Source of the DNA: a virus
Taxonomy: Duplodnaviria; Heunggongvirae; Uroviricota; Caudoviricetes
DNA: 64,000 bases
Direction: 5' to 3' (one strand)
Virus record (IMG/VR): IMGVR_UViG_3300045988_145635
Notes under the pieces: model-generated
Told to the model about the DNA's origin: nothing
The model's input: only the letters and a program-made list of their open reading frames with translations
Database searches by the model: none
Position numbers and translations under genes: made by a program
In this document: positions 28,065-36,655 of the stretch, in pieces
How positions within the stretch are numbered: position 1 is the stretch's first letter
How the letters are laid out: each line of letters starts with the position of its first letter

Positions 28065-30098
28065 ATGACCCAAGTCGCGAAGAAAATTCTGGTGACGTGC
28101 GCGCTGCCGTACGCTAACGGCTCAATCCACCTCGGCCATATGCTGGAGCACATCCAGGCTGATGTCTGGGTTCGTTACCAGCGAATGCGCGGCCACGAGG
28201 TTAATTTCATCTGTGCCGACGATGCCCACGGTACGCCGATCATGCTGAAAGCGCAGCAGCTTGGTATCACACCGGAGCAGATGATTGGCGAAATGAGTCA
28301 GGAACACCAGACTGATTTCGCAGGCTTTAACATCAGCTATGACAACTATCACTCGACGCACAGCGAAGAGAACCGTCAGTTGTCTGAGCTTATCTATACT
28401 CGCCTGAAAGAGAACGGTTTTATTAAAAACCGCACTATCTCTCAGTTGTACGACCCGGAAAAAGGCATGTTCCTGCCGGATCGTTTTGTAAAAGGCACCT
28501 GCCCGAAATGTAAAGCGCCAGATCAATACGGCGATAACTGTGAAGTCTGCGGCGCAACATATAGCCCGACTGAATTGATCGAGCCGAAATCGGTGGTTTC
28601 TGGCGCTACCCCGGTAATGCGTGATTCCGAACACTTCTTCTTTGATCTGCCTTCTTTCAGCGAAATGTTGCAGGCATGGACCCGCAGCGGCGCGTTGCAG
28701 GAGCAGGTGGCGAACAAAATGCAGGAATGGTTTGAATCCGGCCTGCAACAGTGGGATATCTCCCGCGATGCGCCTTACTTCGGTTTTGAAATTCCGGACG
28801 CGCCGGGCAAATATTTCTACGTCTGGCTGGACGCGCCGATTGGCTACATGGGTTCCTTCAAGAATCTGTGCGACAAGCGCGGCGATACCACCAGCTTCGA
28901 TGAATACTGGAAGAAAGACTCCACCGCCGAGCTGTACCACTTCATCGGTAAAGATATTGTTTACTTCCACAGCCTGTTCTGGCCTGCCATGCTGGAAGGC
29001 AGCAACTTCCGCAAGCCGACCAACCTGTTTGTTCACGGCTATGTGACAGTGAACGGCGCGAAGATGTCCAAGTCTCGCGGTACCTTTATTAAAGCCAGCA
29101 CCTGGCTGAATCATTTTGACGCCGACAGCCTGCGTTACTACTACACTGCGAAACTCTCTTCGCGCATTGATGATATCGATCTCAACCTGGAGGATTTCGT
29201 TCAGCGCGTGAATGCCGATATCGTGAACAAAGTGGTTAACCTGGCCTCCCGTAATGCAGGCTTTATCAACAAGCGTTTTGACGGCGTGCTGGCAAGCGAA
29301 CTGGCTGACCCGCAACTGTACAAAACCTTTACTGATGCCGCTGAAGTGATTGGCGAAGCATGGGAAAGCCGCGAATTTGGTAAAGCTATCCGTGAAATCA
29401 TGGCATTGGCTGACCTGGCTAACCGCTATGTCGATGAACAGGCTCCGTGGGTGGTGGCGAAGCAGGAAGGGCGCGATGCCGATCTGCAGGCGATTTGCTC
29501 TATGGGCATTAACCTGTTCCGCGTGCTGATGACGTACCTGAAACCGGTACTGCCGAAACTGACTGAACGTGCAGAAGCATTCCTGAATACAGAACTGACC
29601 TGGGATGGTATCCAGCAACCGCTGCTGGGCCATAAAGTGAATCCGTTCAAGGCACTGTATAACCGTATCGATATGAAACAGGTGGAAGCACTGGTGGAAG
29701 CATCCAAAGAAGAAGTGAAAGCCACAGCCGCACCGGTAACTGGCCCACTGGCTGACGACCCGATTCAGGAAACCATCACCTTTGACGACTTCGCCAAAGT
29801 TGACCTGCGTGTGGCGCTGATTGAAAACGCGGAGTTTGTTGAAGGCTCTGACAAACTGCTGCGTCTGACACTGGATCTCGGTGGGGAAAAGCGTAATGTC
29901 TTCTCAGGCATCCGTTCTGCTTATCCCGACCCACAGGCATTGATTGGTCGTCACACCATTATGGTGGCTAACCTGGCTCCGCGTAAAATGCGCTTCGGTA
30001 TCTCCGAAGGCATGGTGATGGCTGCTGGCCCCGGCGGGAAAGATATCTTCCTGTTAAGCCCGGATGCTGGTGCTAAACCTGGCCACCAGGTTAAGTAA
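28065..30098 (+). CDS. metG: methionine--tRNA ligase (host-type)
   Basis: 677-aa protein from [25 protein letters not shown] to the C-terminal tRNA-binding domain; essentially identical to recalled E. coli MetG with a handful of substitutions; HIGH and KMSKS motifs present. Confidence 0.97.
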   Translation: MTQVAKKILVTCALPYANGSIHLGHMLEHIQADVWVRYQRMRGHEVNFICADDAHGTPIMLKAQQLGITPEQMIGEMSQEHQTDFAGFNISYDNYHSTHSEENRQLSELIYTRLKENGFIKNRTISQLYDPEKGMFLPDRFVKGTCPKCKAPDQYGDNCEVCGATYSPTELIEPKSVVSGATPVMRDSEHFFFDLPSFSEMLQAWTRSGALQEQVANKMQEWFESGLQQWDISRDAPYFGFEIPDAPGKYFYVWLDAPIGYMGSFKNLCDKRGDTTSFDEYWKKDSTAELYHFIGKDIVYFHSLFWPAMLEGSNFRKPTNLFVHGYVTVNGAKMSKSRGTFIKASTWLNHFDADSLRYYYTAKLSSRIDDIDLNLEDFVQRVNADIVNKVVNLASRNAGFINKRFDGVLASELADPQLYKTFTDAAEVIGEAWESREFGKAIREIMALADLANRYVDEQAPWVVAKQEGRDADLQAICSMGINLFRVLMTYLKPVLPKLTERAEAFLNTELTWDGIQQPLLGHKVNPFKALYNRIDMKQVEALVEASKEEVKATAAPVTGPLADDPIQETITFDDFAKVDLRVALIENAEFVEGSDKLLRLTLDLGGEKRNVFSGIRSAYPDPQALIGRHTIMVANLAPRKMRFGISEGMVMAAGPGGKDIFLLSPDAGAKPGHQVK

Positions 30099-30117
30099 TT
30101 AAACAACCTCTGTTCGC

Positions 30118-30146
30118 AATGCCCGGCAACACGCTGGGCATTTTCA
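30118..30146 (+). terminator. metG terminator hairpin
   Basis: AATGCCCGG-loop-CTGGGCATTTT immediately after the metG stop. Confidence 0.55.
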
Positions 30147-30181
30147 TATAGACACAATCCCTTCTGATTTACGCATACCCT

Positions 30182-30247
30182 AAAACAATTTGTTTTCTGC
30201 CTTTTGTTAATTGAGATAATAAGCCACATAAGAAAACAAATTGTTTC
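30182..30247 (+). promoter_or_regulatory. class A extended module
   Basis: AAAACAATTTGTTTTCTGCC ... AGAAAACAAATTGTTT ending a few nt before ATG 30251; marks resumption of phage-type sequence after metG. Confidence 0.55.
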
Positions 30248-30250
30248 GGA

Positions 30251-30559
30251 GTGGTTGAAATGTTGAACATTACCCAAGCCTACCAGGTGGCATTGATCAG
30301 TTCATCTCATACATCAGAGGAAGATGCTCGTCGATTCATGATCGCAAGCAATGAGCTGGATTGGGTTTCGCAAATTGACGGCGGTTGTATTGTCCACGCC
30401 GGGTTACAGGATGATGTCTGGAAAGACGACTTGCGTCGATATGGTATATCCGAAGGCGCGATTGCTAACATTCAGAAAGTACTTGATGTAGGCTTTGACT
30501 CTGTACATTTTGATTGTGGTGCGCCGGTCGTTGAAGGGCTTGAGTGCTGGAACTGGTAA
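30251..30559 (+). CDS. hypothetical protein
   Basis: 102-aa ORF directly downstream of a class A module. Confidence 0.5.
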   Translation: MVEMLNITQAYQVALISSSHTSEEDARRFMIASNELDWVSQIDGGCIVHAGLQDDVWKDDLRRYGISEGAIANIQKVLDVGFDSVHFDCGAPVVEGLECWNW

Positions 30560-30604
30560 CAGATATTAAAGCATTGGTAGTTTGTTTTTAGGATTATCAA
30601 AGAA

Positions 30605-31339
30605 ATGAAAAAGTTGAAAAGTTTAGAAATCCCTGGGACTGGTTATAAATTCTTTATGGACAACGCGGAGTGTGCACCTAACGCGTTGGAAAAAATACAA
30701 AGTCTTATCAACAGCCTTACTGAAGAAGCGAAAGAACTGAAGAGCGAGGCGACAAAGGACAATACAGCTAAAATCCAATGCTTAAATCTCGTTTCTTATT
30801 GTTTATATCAAGTGTCCAAGACACTGATTAAAGGCAATATCTATTACGACGATGAAGACACCTCGACACCTGAAGAAAAAGATAGCGATGAAGAACTCTA
30901 TGAAGATATCTCTACTAGTGCGGGTCACGCTGCCTTCGATGCTATGGGTAAATCGTCAGGCATCAGATCATTTGTTGAACAGAACAATTCGACAATAATG
31001 ATTGAGTACTGTGAACAAACAAGCTCCAAGGCCATACATGTTCTTCACGATGTTGCTGCAGGGGTTCGCTGTGAGGCTGAAGCGGTCAGAAAAGATGTAT
31101 TTGGTGCAGACAGTAATACCGTGAAAGCGTTCATCAACAGTGCTCTGCTAAATTCTTACTCAAACCTTATCGTCAATGCGGCACTATGCGCAAATTCTGG
31201 TGAAGAACACATTGTCATAACCGAAACCAAATATGAGCATCAACAGTCACCAACCATAGAAGAGGTAACTGCATTGGCTATCAAACAGGCGAGTGAAATT
31301 AGTGATGAAATTCTCTCTCTGCTAAACAAAACTAAGTAA
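30605..31339 (+). CDS. hypothetical protein
   Basis: 244-aa ORF with plausible ribosome-binding site. Confidence 0.5.
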   Translation: MKKLKSLEIPGTGYKFFMDNAECAPNALEKIQSLINSLTEEAKELKSEATKDNTAKIQCLNLVSYCLYQVSKTLIKGNIYYDDEDTSTPEEKDSDEELYEDISTSAGHAAFDAMGKSSGIRSFVEQNNSTIMIEYCEQTSSKAIHVLHDVAAGVRCEAEAVRKDVFGADSNTVKAFINSALLNSYSNLIVNAALCANSGEEHIVITETKYEHQQSPTIEEVTALAIKQASEISDEILSLLNKTK

Positions 31340-31446
31340 AACATTGATAATGGCGGTCACAATTTGATTCTTTTCTATAAGAATCCGTTGATCGCCACTA
31401 CTCCCCTTCCATGCCTGGAATCACATCCTTAAATATCAATAGGTTA

Positions 31447-31482
31447 CAGTTGTTTATACCAATAAGAAAACAACTGAATAAC
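31447..31482 (+). promoter_or_regulatory. class A motif, split-palindrome variant
   Basis: CAGTTGTTT-N11-AAACAACTG inverted repeat including CCAATAAGAAAACAA, placed at the start of the AC-rich ORF-free tract. Confidence 0.4.
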
Positions 31483-32337
31483 AGATCAACGAAACATCAA
31501 CGCTTTCACCCGATTTGGTCTAAAAAATTGACGTTTTCACACATCACTGCTTATACCCGTAATTCTACGCAGCAGACAGCGCCACAGCGTCCAATTTTCA
31601 CCACAGACGACCCAACACACTACCAACAAAAACACACGCTCAAAATCGTTCCCGTTGCGTTACATAACCATATAAACAACTTATTTTCAGGAATAACAAA
31701 ACAACTAAATAACACATATGCCATTCCCAAAACAACCAACCTCTTTATGGCAGGCTACCGAAAAGACCCACCTCTTCTTCCCAGGCTACCGGACAACCAA
31801 CCTAACTTTCACAGGCAATCCGAAAACATTCATACGCGCGATACCCACGACACGCCATTACCCAAACAACGAAGAAACACCTGAACCACTGAAACCCCAA
31901 CGAAGCCTGTTACCGCAAGGATTCTCTCAATCCCAAAAGACACGAAACATAACAATCACGGGAAACGCCATTACCCAATACACGAATAACTACAAAAGCC
32001 CTTCACACACTCCAGACAAACAACTCAAACACAATAACGAAAGGAATCGCCCACCTGCCATTACTCCATACACGGAGAAGAACAATCACCAAAACGACGA
32101 GAACACCCCATAGAAGAACCACCGCAAAACGAACGAAACCACATACACCGACAGAGAGAACAACACACCCAATTCACCAACAGAAATAGTCGCCGTATAG
32201 AACGTTCTGGAAGGAGTGAGCATTAACGCCTATAGAGAGGTTGAAACAGATAAAACACGAAGAAAACACAACATGTATAGCGAAGAAGCCAGGTATGTAT
32301 AAGTGGGGAGGGAAGGAGGGGTGTCGCCTCCTTTTTC
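31483..32337 (+). ncRNA. candidate long A+C-rich non-coding transcript (hypothetical)
   Basis: ~850 bp with strong depletion of G and T on the + strand and no credible ORF; begins after a class A-like motif and ends at a GGAGG-loop-CCTCC-TTTTT hairpin (32314-32337). Confidence 0.2.
32314..32337 (+). terminator. rho-independent terminator-like hairpin
   Basis: AGGAGG-GGTGTCG-CCTCCT followed by TTTTT. Confidence 0.5.
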
Positions 32338-32399
32338 GTATTTATTCAACTCCTGATTTTATCCCCCGTAACACCCCTACGGTCAGCCTTCGGTCCATA

Positions 32400-32540
32400 C
32401 AGGGAAAAGGTTGCATCCCGCTACAGAAACGGCTGGGTTGCCTTCGGGGAACGGCTGGGGATTTTCAGGGAAACGGTCGAGTTGCCTGTGTGGATTTCGG
32501 GAAAAGGCTCGATGCCGGTTCAGGAACGGTGGCGTACCGG
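32400..32540 (+). repeat. degenerate tandem repeats, about 6 units of ~20-23 bp (CAGGGAAA-CGG-CTG type)
   Basis: Successive units CAGGGAAAAGGTTGCATCC, ACAGAAACGGCTGGGTTGCC, GGGGAACGGCTGGGGATTTT, CAGGGAAACGGTCGAGTTGCC, CGGGAAAAGGCTCGATGCC, CAGGAACGGTGGCGTACCGG. Confidence 0.6.
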
Positions 32541-32853
32541 TATAGCGTGAGGGAGAGTTGCGGCTGTCCACCTGTAATGTGCGGGAAGAAGAGAGGCGCT
32601 CACGTGCAGGCGAACTTACTTACCGTTGGACTCCCTCTGAATGCCCAGCTACAGCGTAATTGTGCCAGACAGTCAGCGGGTCACAATCGATTTCAGTAGG
32701 TTTTCGGGGAGAGGATTATTCTGCCCACCAGCCACCTTCGGCCACTAAATCAGAATAATGTAAAAAGTGTACTCGGTACTGAACCTGAAAACTCACTGCC
32801 AAAACCACATTCACCGGAATAAAATCCTTTTTCGCCTGTGCGTTATTGCGATA

Positions 32854-32885
32854 ATAACACCAACAAGAAAACATGTTGTTTAAGG
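32854..32885 (+). promoter_or_regulatory. class A palindromic motif
   Basis: TAACACCAACAAGAAAACATGTTGTTTAAGG; upstream half conserved with 35007-35036. Confidence 0.5.
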
Positions 32886-32893
32886 ATTGCTTT

Positions 32894-33223
32894 ATGTTTG
32901 CAAATATCGACATCAACCAAATCAAGAAATTAACTCAAAAAGAGTTTGATCAGTTTTATGAGTTAGAAGGTTGGTCTTCCACTCTGATCAATTCGCGGTG
33001 GGTGCTTGAGCTGATGACTCGTGATGACGCACCTGCTTTGATGATTTGCGACATGGGTGAAGATGCTGACTTTATGGATATGAGCGAATTTTGTGTGGAC
33101 ACATACAACCGCAGCCAGAAGTACTACTTCACATGCGATAGCGAAAATGACGTGATTTCTAAGGTCTATCTTCACCTCGTCCAGCATTGGGACGTTCAGG
33201 AGTTTCTTGAAGTATTCGAGTAA
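32894..33223 (+). CDS. hypothetical protein
   Basis: ORF-track start 32873 lies inside the class A motif; moved to ATG 32894 which follows an AAGGA site. Confidence 0.45.
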   Translation: MFANIDINQIKKLTQKEFDQFYELEGWSSTLINSRWVLELMTRDDAPALMICDMGEDADFMDMSEFCVDTYNRSQKYYFTCDSENDVISKVYLHLVQHWDVQEFLEVFE

Positions 33224-33349
33224 CCCCAACCAAAGCCAGCATTGCTGGCTTAACTTAATCTGTAGCCGCAGGGAAGAACCTGCATATCGCCCATGCACCT
33301 GATCAATATGCTTTGTAGCCGTTTTCTTACTGGTATTATTTACGCCATT

Positions 33350-33370
33350 GAGAAAACAAGTTGTTTACGG
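33350..33370 (+). promoter_or_regulatory. class A palindromic motif
   Basis: GAGAAAACAAGTTGTTTACGG ending 8 nt before ATG 33378. Confidence 0.5.
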
Positions 33371-33377
33371 AGTTGTG

Positions 33378-33689
33378 ATGAAAAAATCATTGGTTCTTGG
33401 TCTGGACAAAGACCAGAAGAGAAAAGAGAAGCCTGCGCTGGTTGCTCAATTAACTTTGCTGGACATCGTTGCCAATGGAACCTCTATTCGTCTGTTCCGT
33501 GAAACGGCGGTGTCTTTCGATAAAAACACCTTTACTCGTTATGTAATGAATGTTCGTCGCCAGCGTGGAAAAGGCTGGGTGGCATTTCAAAGAATGTGGC
33601 CGGAACATCAGCTCGAACTGGCTTTGATGGAAGTTAACCGCGTGGCCCAGCAAGAAATTCAGAGAGCATCAGTGATGGCAATAGCCTGA
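33378..33689 (+). CDS. hypothetical protein
   Basis: Start at ATG 33378 after ACGGAG; 103 aa. Confidence 0.45.
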   Translation: MKKSLVLGLDKDQKRKEKPALVAQLTLLDIVANGTSIRLFRETAVSFDKNTFTRYVMNVRRQRGKGWVAFQRMWPEHQLELALMEVNRVAQQEIQRASVMAIA

Positions 33690-33723
33690 TAATGTGCAAG
33701 TGGTAATTAGTCGACAGTACGAC

Positions 33724-33753
33724 AGCCCCGCCATCCTTACGGGGCTTTTTTTG
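33724..33753 (+). terminator. rho-independent terminator
   Basis: AGCCCCG-CCATCCTTA-CGGGGCT followed by TTTTTTT. Confidence 0.7.
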
Positions 33754-33816
33754 TATTGTAAGTACATACTTACGATCATAGAATATAAAAATAACCAAAA
33801 CACTACGGAGAGTGAA

Positions 33817-34212
33817 ATGACCGTTAAACGCGAAAAACTGACAGTTGATGTTTACTATGCCTCTGAAACCGCCGAAGGTAAGAATGTGGCAAAAATCACC
33901 GTTGTTACGTACAACACCGAAACTGGCGCCGAAGTCCAGGCCAGTACGATCGTGCGTAAAGGTGATGCCTCCGGCGGCGAGTACGAGACTCAATACCAGT
34001 CTATTTTCGATGCAACTGACCCGCTGCTGCTGAAAATCGAGAACTACTTCCGCCAGGTTGATGAAGAGGTGTTTGAAACCATGATGAATATGGTTAACAC
34101 CGTATTCGCCTCCAGCCTGAATACCAGCACCACCTGGATTGGCCAGTACGGTCTGCGCATTACCTCTGGCATTCCTGCCGACACCTTAATCCCTGAAAGC
34201 GTATTCGCTTAA
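33817..34212 (+). CDS. hypothetical protein
   Basis: ORF-track entry 33694-34212 trimmed: its 5' part contains the terminator; ATG 33817 follows a GGAGAG site. Confidence 0.45.
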   Translation: MTVKREKLTVDVYYASETAEGKNVAKITVVTYNTETGAEVQASTIVRKGDASGGEYETQYQSIFDATDPLLLKIENYFRQVDEEVFETMMNMVNTVFASSLNTSTTWIGQYGLRITSGIPADTLIPESVFA

Positions 34213-34220
34213 TCCTCTTT

Positions 34221-34246
34221 AAATGGCGCGTAAACCGCGCCATTTT
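34221..34246. terminator. bidirectional terminator hairpin
   Basis: Perfect 10-bp stem AAATGGCGCG/CGCGCCATTT with 5-nt loop, T-rich on the 3' side. Confidence 0.65.
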
Positions 34247-34254
34247 CTTATACC

Positions 34255-34305
34255 CGATAACAATTTGTTTTCTGCCTTATCTGATTTGTGAAAATGATTT
34301 CACTG
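34255..34305 (+). promoter_or_regulatory. class A extended module
   Basis: CGATAACAATTTGTTTTCTGCCTTATCTGATTTGTGAAAATGATTTCAC, same module as at 22075 and 30182. Confidence 0.5.
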
Positions 34306-34329
34306 AAGCAACTTAATAAGGAAACCATC

Positions 34330-34704
34330 ATGGGACTTGATATCTATATCGAGACACAGCCTAAAAACGATCTGAATAACGAGGCATCCAGAAAGCGGGT
34401 TGCTTACTTCTGTAAGTTCAATGCGCTCGTTGGGTGGATGGAGCGCAACGTAGGTGAAGTCGAAAATTGTGAGCTTTTAGAATTAACGATGAATGACATT
34501 TGTCTTCTGAAAGCTCATTTGATGCACATAAACGAAAGTAATTGCGAAGAGTACTTGCCTACTCGGGAAGGTTTTTTCTTCGGCAGTCAGGAGTACGATG
34601 AAGGTTACTGGCATGATGTGGGGGAGTTGAAAGAGCTTGTGGAAGATCTGATTAAGAACCACGACTTTCACAATAACAGACTGACCTTCTGCGCCTGGTG
34701 GTAA
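34330..34704 (+). CDS. hypothetical protein
   Basis: ORF-track start 34288 is a GTG inside the conserved module; ATG 34330 with AAGGA site preferred. Confidence 0.45.
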   Translation: MGLDIYIETQPKNDLNNEASRKRVAYFCKFNALVGWMERNVGEVENCELLELTMNDICLLKAHLMHINESNCEEYLPTREGFFFGSQEYDEGYWHDVGELKELVEDLIKNHDFHNNRLTFCAWW

Positions 34705-34706
34705 AT

Positions 34707-34850
34707 ATGGGCGATTTCAAGAAACGCCTGAAGGAAAGAGCCGAGATGGTCAGAAAGCAAAACGCCTCTTCTGTCATCAGATACGCAAGGCAGTTTAGTC
34801 GCAACAACAAATCAGTTGAGGAAAAGATCCTTAGCGTAATCGTGCGATAA
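34707..34850 (+). CDS. possible small protein (47 aa)
   Basis: ATG 2 nt after the upstream stop; basic peptide; below the ORF-track size cutoff; followed by a hairpin. Confidence 0.25.
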   Translation: MGDFKKRLKERAEMVRKQNASSVIRYARQFSRNNKSVEEKILSVIVR

Positions 34851-34855
34851 TTATT

Positions 34856-34879
34856 AAGGCCACCAGCATTGGTGGCCTT
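34856..34879. terminator. terminator-like hairpin
   Basis: Perfect 10-bp stem AAGGCCACCA/TGGTGGCCTT with GCAT loop; a related AAGGCCA...TGGCCTT hairpin occurs at 22049-22071. Confidence 0.5.
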
Positions 34880-35006
34880 AAATGACCATCCTGTTTCCCG
34901 CAGGCTAAAACACCAACCTCTTACCTCCAGGCAACCGACAAACCCACCTGTTCCCGTCCGGCTACCGCAACTTTCCACTTTGACGCCTTATTCGTACAAC
35001 GATAAT

Positions 35007-35036
35007 TAACACCAACAAGAAAACAATTTGTTATTT
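35007..35036 (+). promoter_or_regulatory. class A palindromic motif
   Basis: TTAACACCAACAAGAAAACAATTTGTTATTT about 20 nt upstream of ATG 35054. Confidence 0.5.
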
Positions 35037-35053
35037 ACGATAAGGAATTAATC

Positions 35054-35536
35054 ATGAATTTTATCGCTACTGTAAACGCACCCGCACATGGCAATATCGC
35101 TGTAACGTTCTCTGACATTGAAAAACGAGTACTTGGTGCATGGCGCGACAATGAGACGGTAGAACTGTCAGCACAAGAAAAATGCATTATTGCACGCGAC
35201 ATCATTGGCAATCGTCGTTACTCGCGGGTATTTGAGAAAGCGTATGTGGTAAATTCTGGATTCGGAACGTTCGTCTTTCCGGTGCGCTCCGGGCGATTCT
35301 GCCAGTCCAAGTTGATTGAGTTCGCTACGCAGATTTCTGTCTGGATTAAAACTCAATCGTCGTTCAAATTTTCCGACGATGAAGCAGTATCGCAGGGGAT
35401 GCGGATCGCCAACAATGCAATTAAATGCAAAAACATTACGTATACCGCTGGCGTTGATACATGGAAACTGTTTTGCGCTAACTTTATGCTGAATGTATAC
35501 GCAAGCAACCGCATCCACATCCTTGATGGCGTGTAA
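35054..35536 (+). CDS. hypothetical protein
   Basis: 160-aa ORF after a class A motif; followed by a terminator hairpin. Confidence 0.5.
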   Translation: MNFIATVNAPAHGNIAVTFSDIEKRVLGAWRDNETVELSAQEKCIIARDIIGNRRYSRVFEKAYVVNSGFGTFVFPVRSGRFCQSKLIEFATQISVWIKTQSSFKFSDDEAVSQGMRIANNAIKCKNITYTAGVDTWKLFCANFMLNVYASNRIHILDGV

Positions 35537-35544
35537 CTGAGAAG

Positions 35545-35568
35545 AGGGCCAGAAACGGCCCTTTCTCT
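35545..35568 (+). terminator. rho-independent terminator-like hairpin
   Basis: AGGGCC-AGAAAC-GGCCCT followed by TTCTCT. Confidence 0.5.
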
Positions 35569-35570
35569 AT

Positions 35571-35710
35571 AGCCACCAGCTGCCGCAGGGAAATTTTCAG
35601 AAACGGCAAGGAACGCATTCATGAGCCGACGGGAAACGGCCAGGATTTTTTCGGGAAACGGCTGCATTCGCCTTTGTGTAGAAAAAAACATCGGGAAGCT
35701 GGTGGAATCC
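35571..35710. repeat. GGGAAACGGC-type repeats enclosed by a 9-bp inverted repeat
   Basis: CCACCAGCT (35574-35582) and AGCTGGTGG (35697-35705) flank CAGGGAAATTTTCAGAAACGGC, CGGGAAACGGCC and CGGGAAACGGCTG units; same repeat family as 32400-32540. Confidence 0.55.
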
Positions 35711-36084
35711 AACCAGCGGTTGTCGGACAGGTGAGCGGGGAAAATTATGATGACTTTCGTCGCCTGAGACATCCAGATTTCTTTCGTAGCATAATCACAT
35801 ACGTGATTAAGTGGTGTGATTATGTGAAAAATCACGCGCACATAATACGCGAGCGGATACGGAACAAAACAAAATGCCGATCCGCGCCGACAAATAAACG
35901 CGGATCATAAAGCAAGACTAAAAGCCAATGATTAACCATACACCATAACGCAATATAACGCGTTTTAAGCGCGTTAATGCGCTAAGTAATGGGTATATAC
36001 TGGTAAGGATATAAAAGCTCGTCTGTGGCGTTATTTTGGCGCTTATTTTTATGTTGTTGGAGTGAGTCAAAGACAATAAAAAAA

Positions 36085-36148
36085 GCGCCATCATTGGCGC
36101 GTTATGGTGGAAGTATTGGAAACGAAAAAAGCGCCCATAGTGGGCGCT
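36085..36148. terminator. pair of bidirectional terminator hairpins closing the minus-strand island
   Basis: GCGCCA-TCAT-TGGCGC and AGCGCCCA-TAG-TGGGCGCT, both flanked by A-runs upstream and T-rich sequence downstream. Confidence 0.6.
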
Positions 36149-36153
36149 CGATT

Positions 36154-36390
36154 TTATTTATGTAAACTGATTTCAAATCCCATTTCTACAAACGCTTTTA
36201 ACATTAAAAATATATCAGCGTCATTCACGTCTGCTTTTTTTCGCTCCTGGTCGCTCAATAAGTCAATTTTGCGCGTCGTTTCATCTATAAGCTCGACTGC
36301 GCGCCCAGCGTAACCAGCGATCCCAGCGATGCGATTAACATAATATTCGTTATGGACGTTAACGCCAGCGATAAGAACAAACATGATCAA
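36154..36390 (-). CDS. hypothetical protein
   Basis: 78-aa ORF, last gene of the minus-strand array. Confidence 0.35.
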   Translation of the reverse strand: MIMFVLIAGVNVHNEYYVNRIAGIAGYAGRAVELIDETTRKIDLLSDQERKKADVNDADIFLMLKAFVEMGFEISLHK

Positions 36391-36404
36391 GCTCCTTAAA
36401 AAAA

Positions 36405-36608
36405 TTAAATAGAATTTTGAAGTTTTCCGATTAATGCGCTTAAACGTAAGTATTCACGTTTGCGCTTGCAATCTCGCTTGCTGTTAAGCAAATCAGAAAA
36501 CGTAAAATTTAATTGGTCGCGTTGCGCGATCAAATCATCGATTAATTCCAGTTTATAAGCGCGATACTTTGCGCGATATTCCGCGCGGATCTTGTCATAG
36601 CTGACCAT
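36405..36608 (-). CDS. hypothetical protein
   Basis: 67-aa basic ORF; AAGGAG site between the upstream hairpin and the ATG. Confidence 0.4.
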   Translation of the reverse strand: MVSYDKIRAEYRAKYRAYKLELIDDLIAQRDQLNFTFSDLLNSKRDCKRKREYLRLSALIGKLQNSI

Positions 36609-36624
36609 TTTAAAGCTCCTTTAA

Positions 36625-36643
36625 AGCGCCCATAGTGGGCGCT
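36625..36643. repeat. second copy of the perfect hairpin AGCGCCCATAGTGGGCGCT
   Basis: Identical 19-nt hairpin to 36130-36148, here placed between two minus-strand genes directly upstream of a ribosome-binding site. Confidence 0.6.
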
Positions 36644-36655
36644 TGATTCCATTAA

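Noticed and set aside
28122-29633. 503-aa ORF on the minus strand inside metG
   Set aside because: Antisense to an unambiguous, highly conserved metG reading frame; typical spurious long ORF in GC-rich coding DNA.
31411-32113. Six-frame ORFs 31411-31884 and 31718-32113 as protein-coding genes
   Set aside because: Translations are low-complexity P/T/N/Q/H-rich strings produced by the A+C-rich composition; no ribosome-binding site; treated as non-coding.
32400-32540. Tandem repeat array as a CRISPR array
   Set aside because: Units are degenerate and directly abutting with no unique spacers of regular length; no cas genes nearby.
33694-33816. N-terminal extension of the 33694-34212 ORF
   Set aside because: The extension contains a rho-independent terminator hairpin (33724-33753); the internal ATG 33817 with a ribosome-binding site is the likely start.
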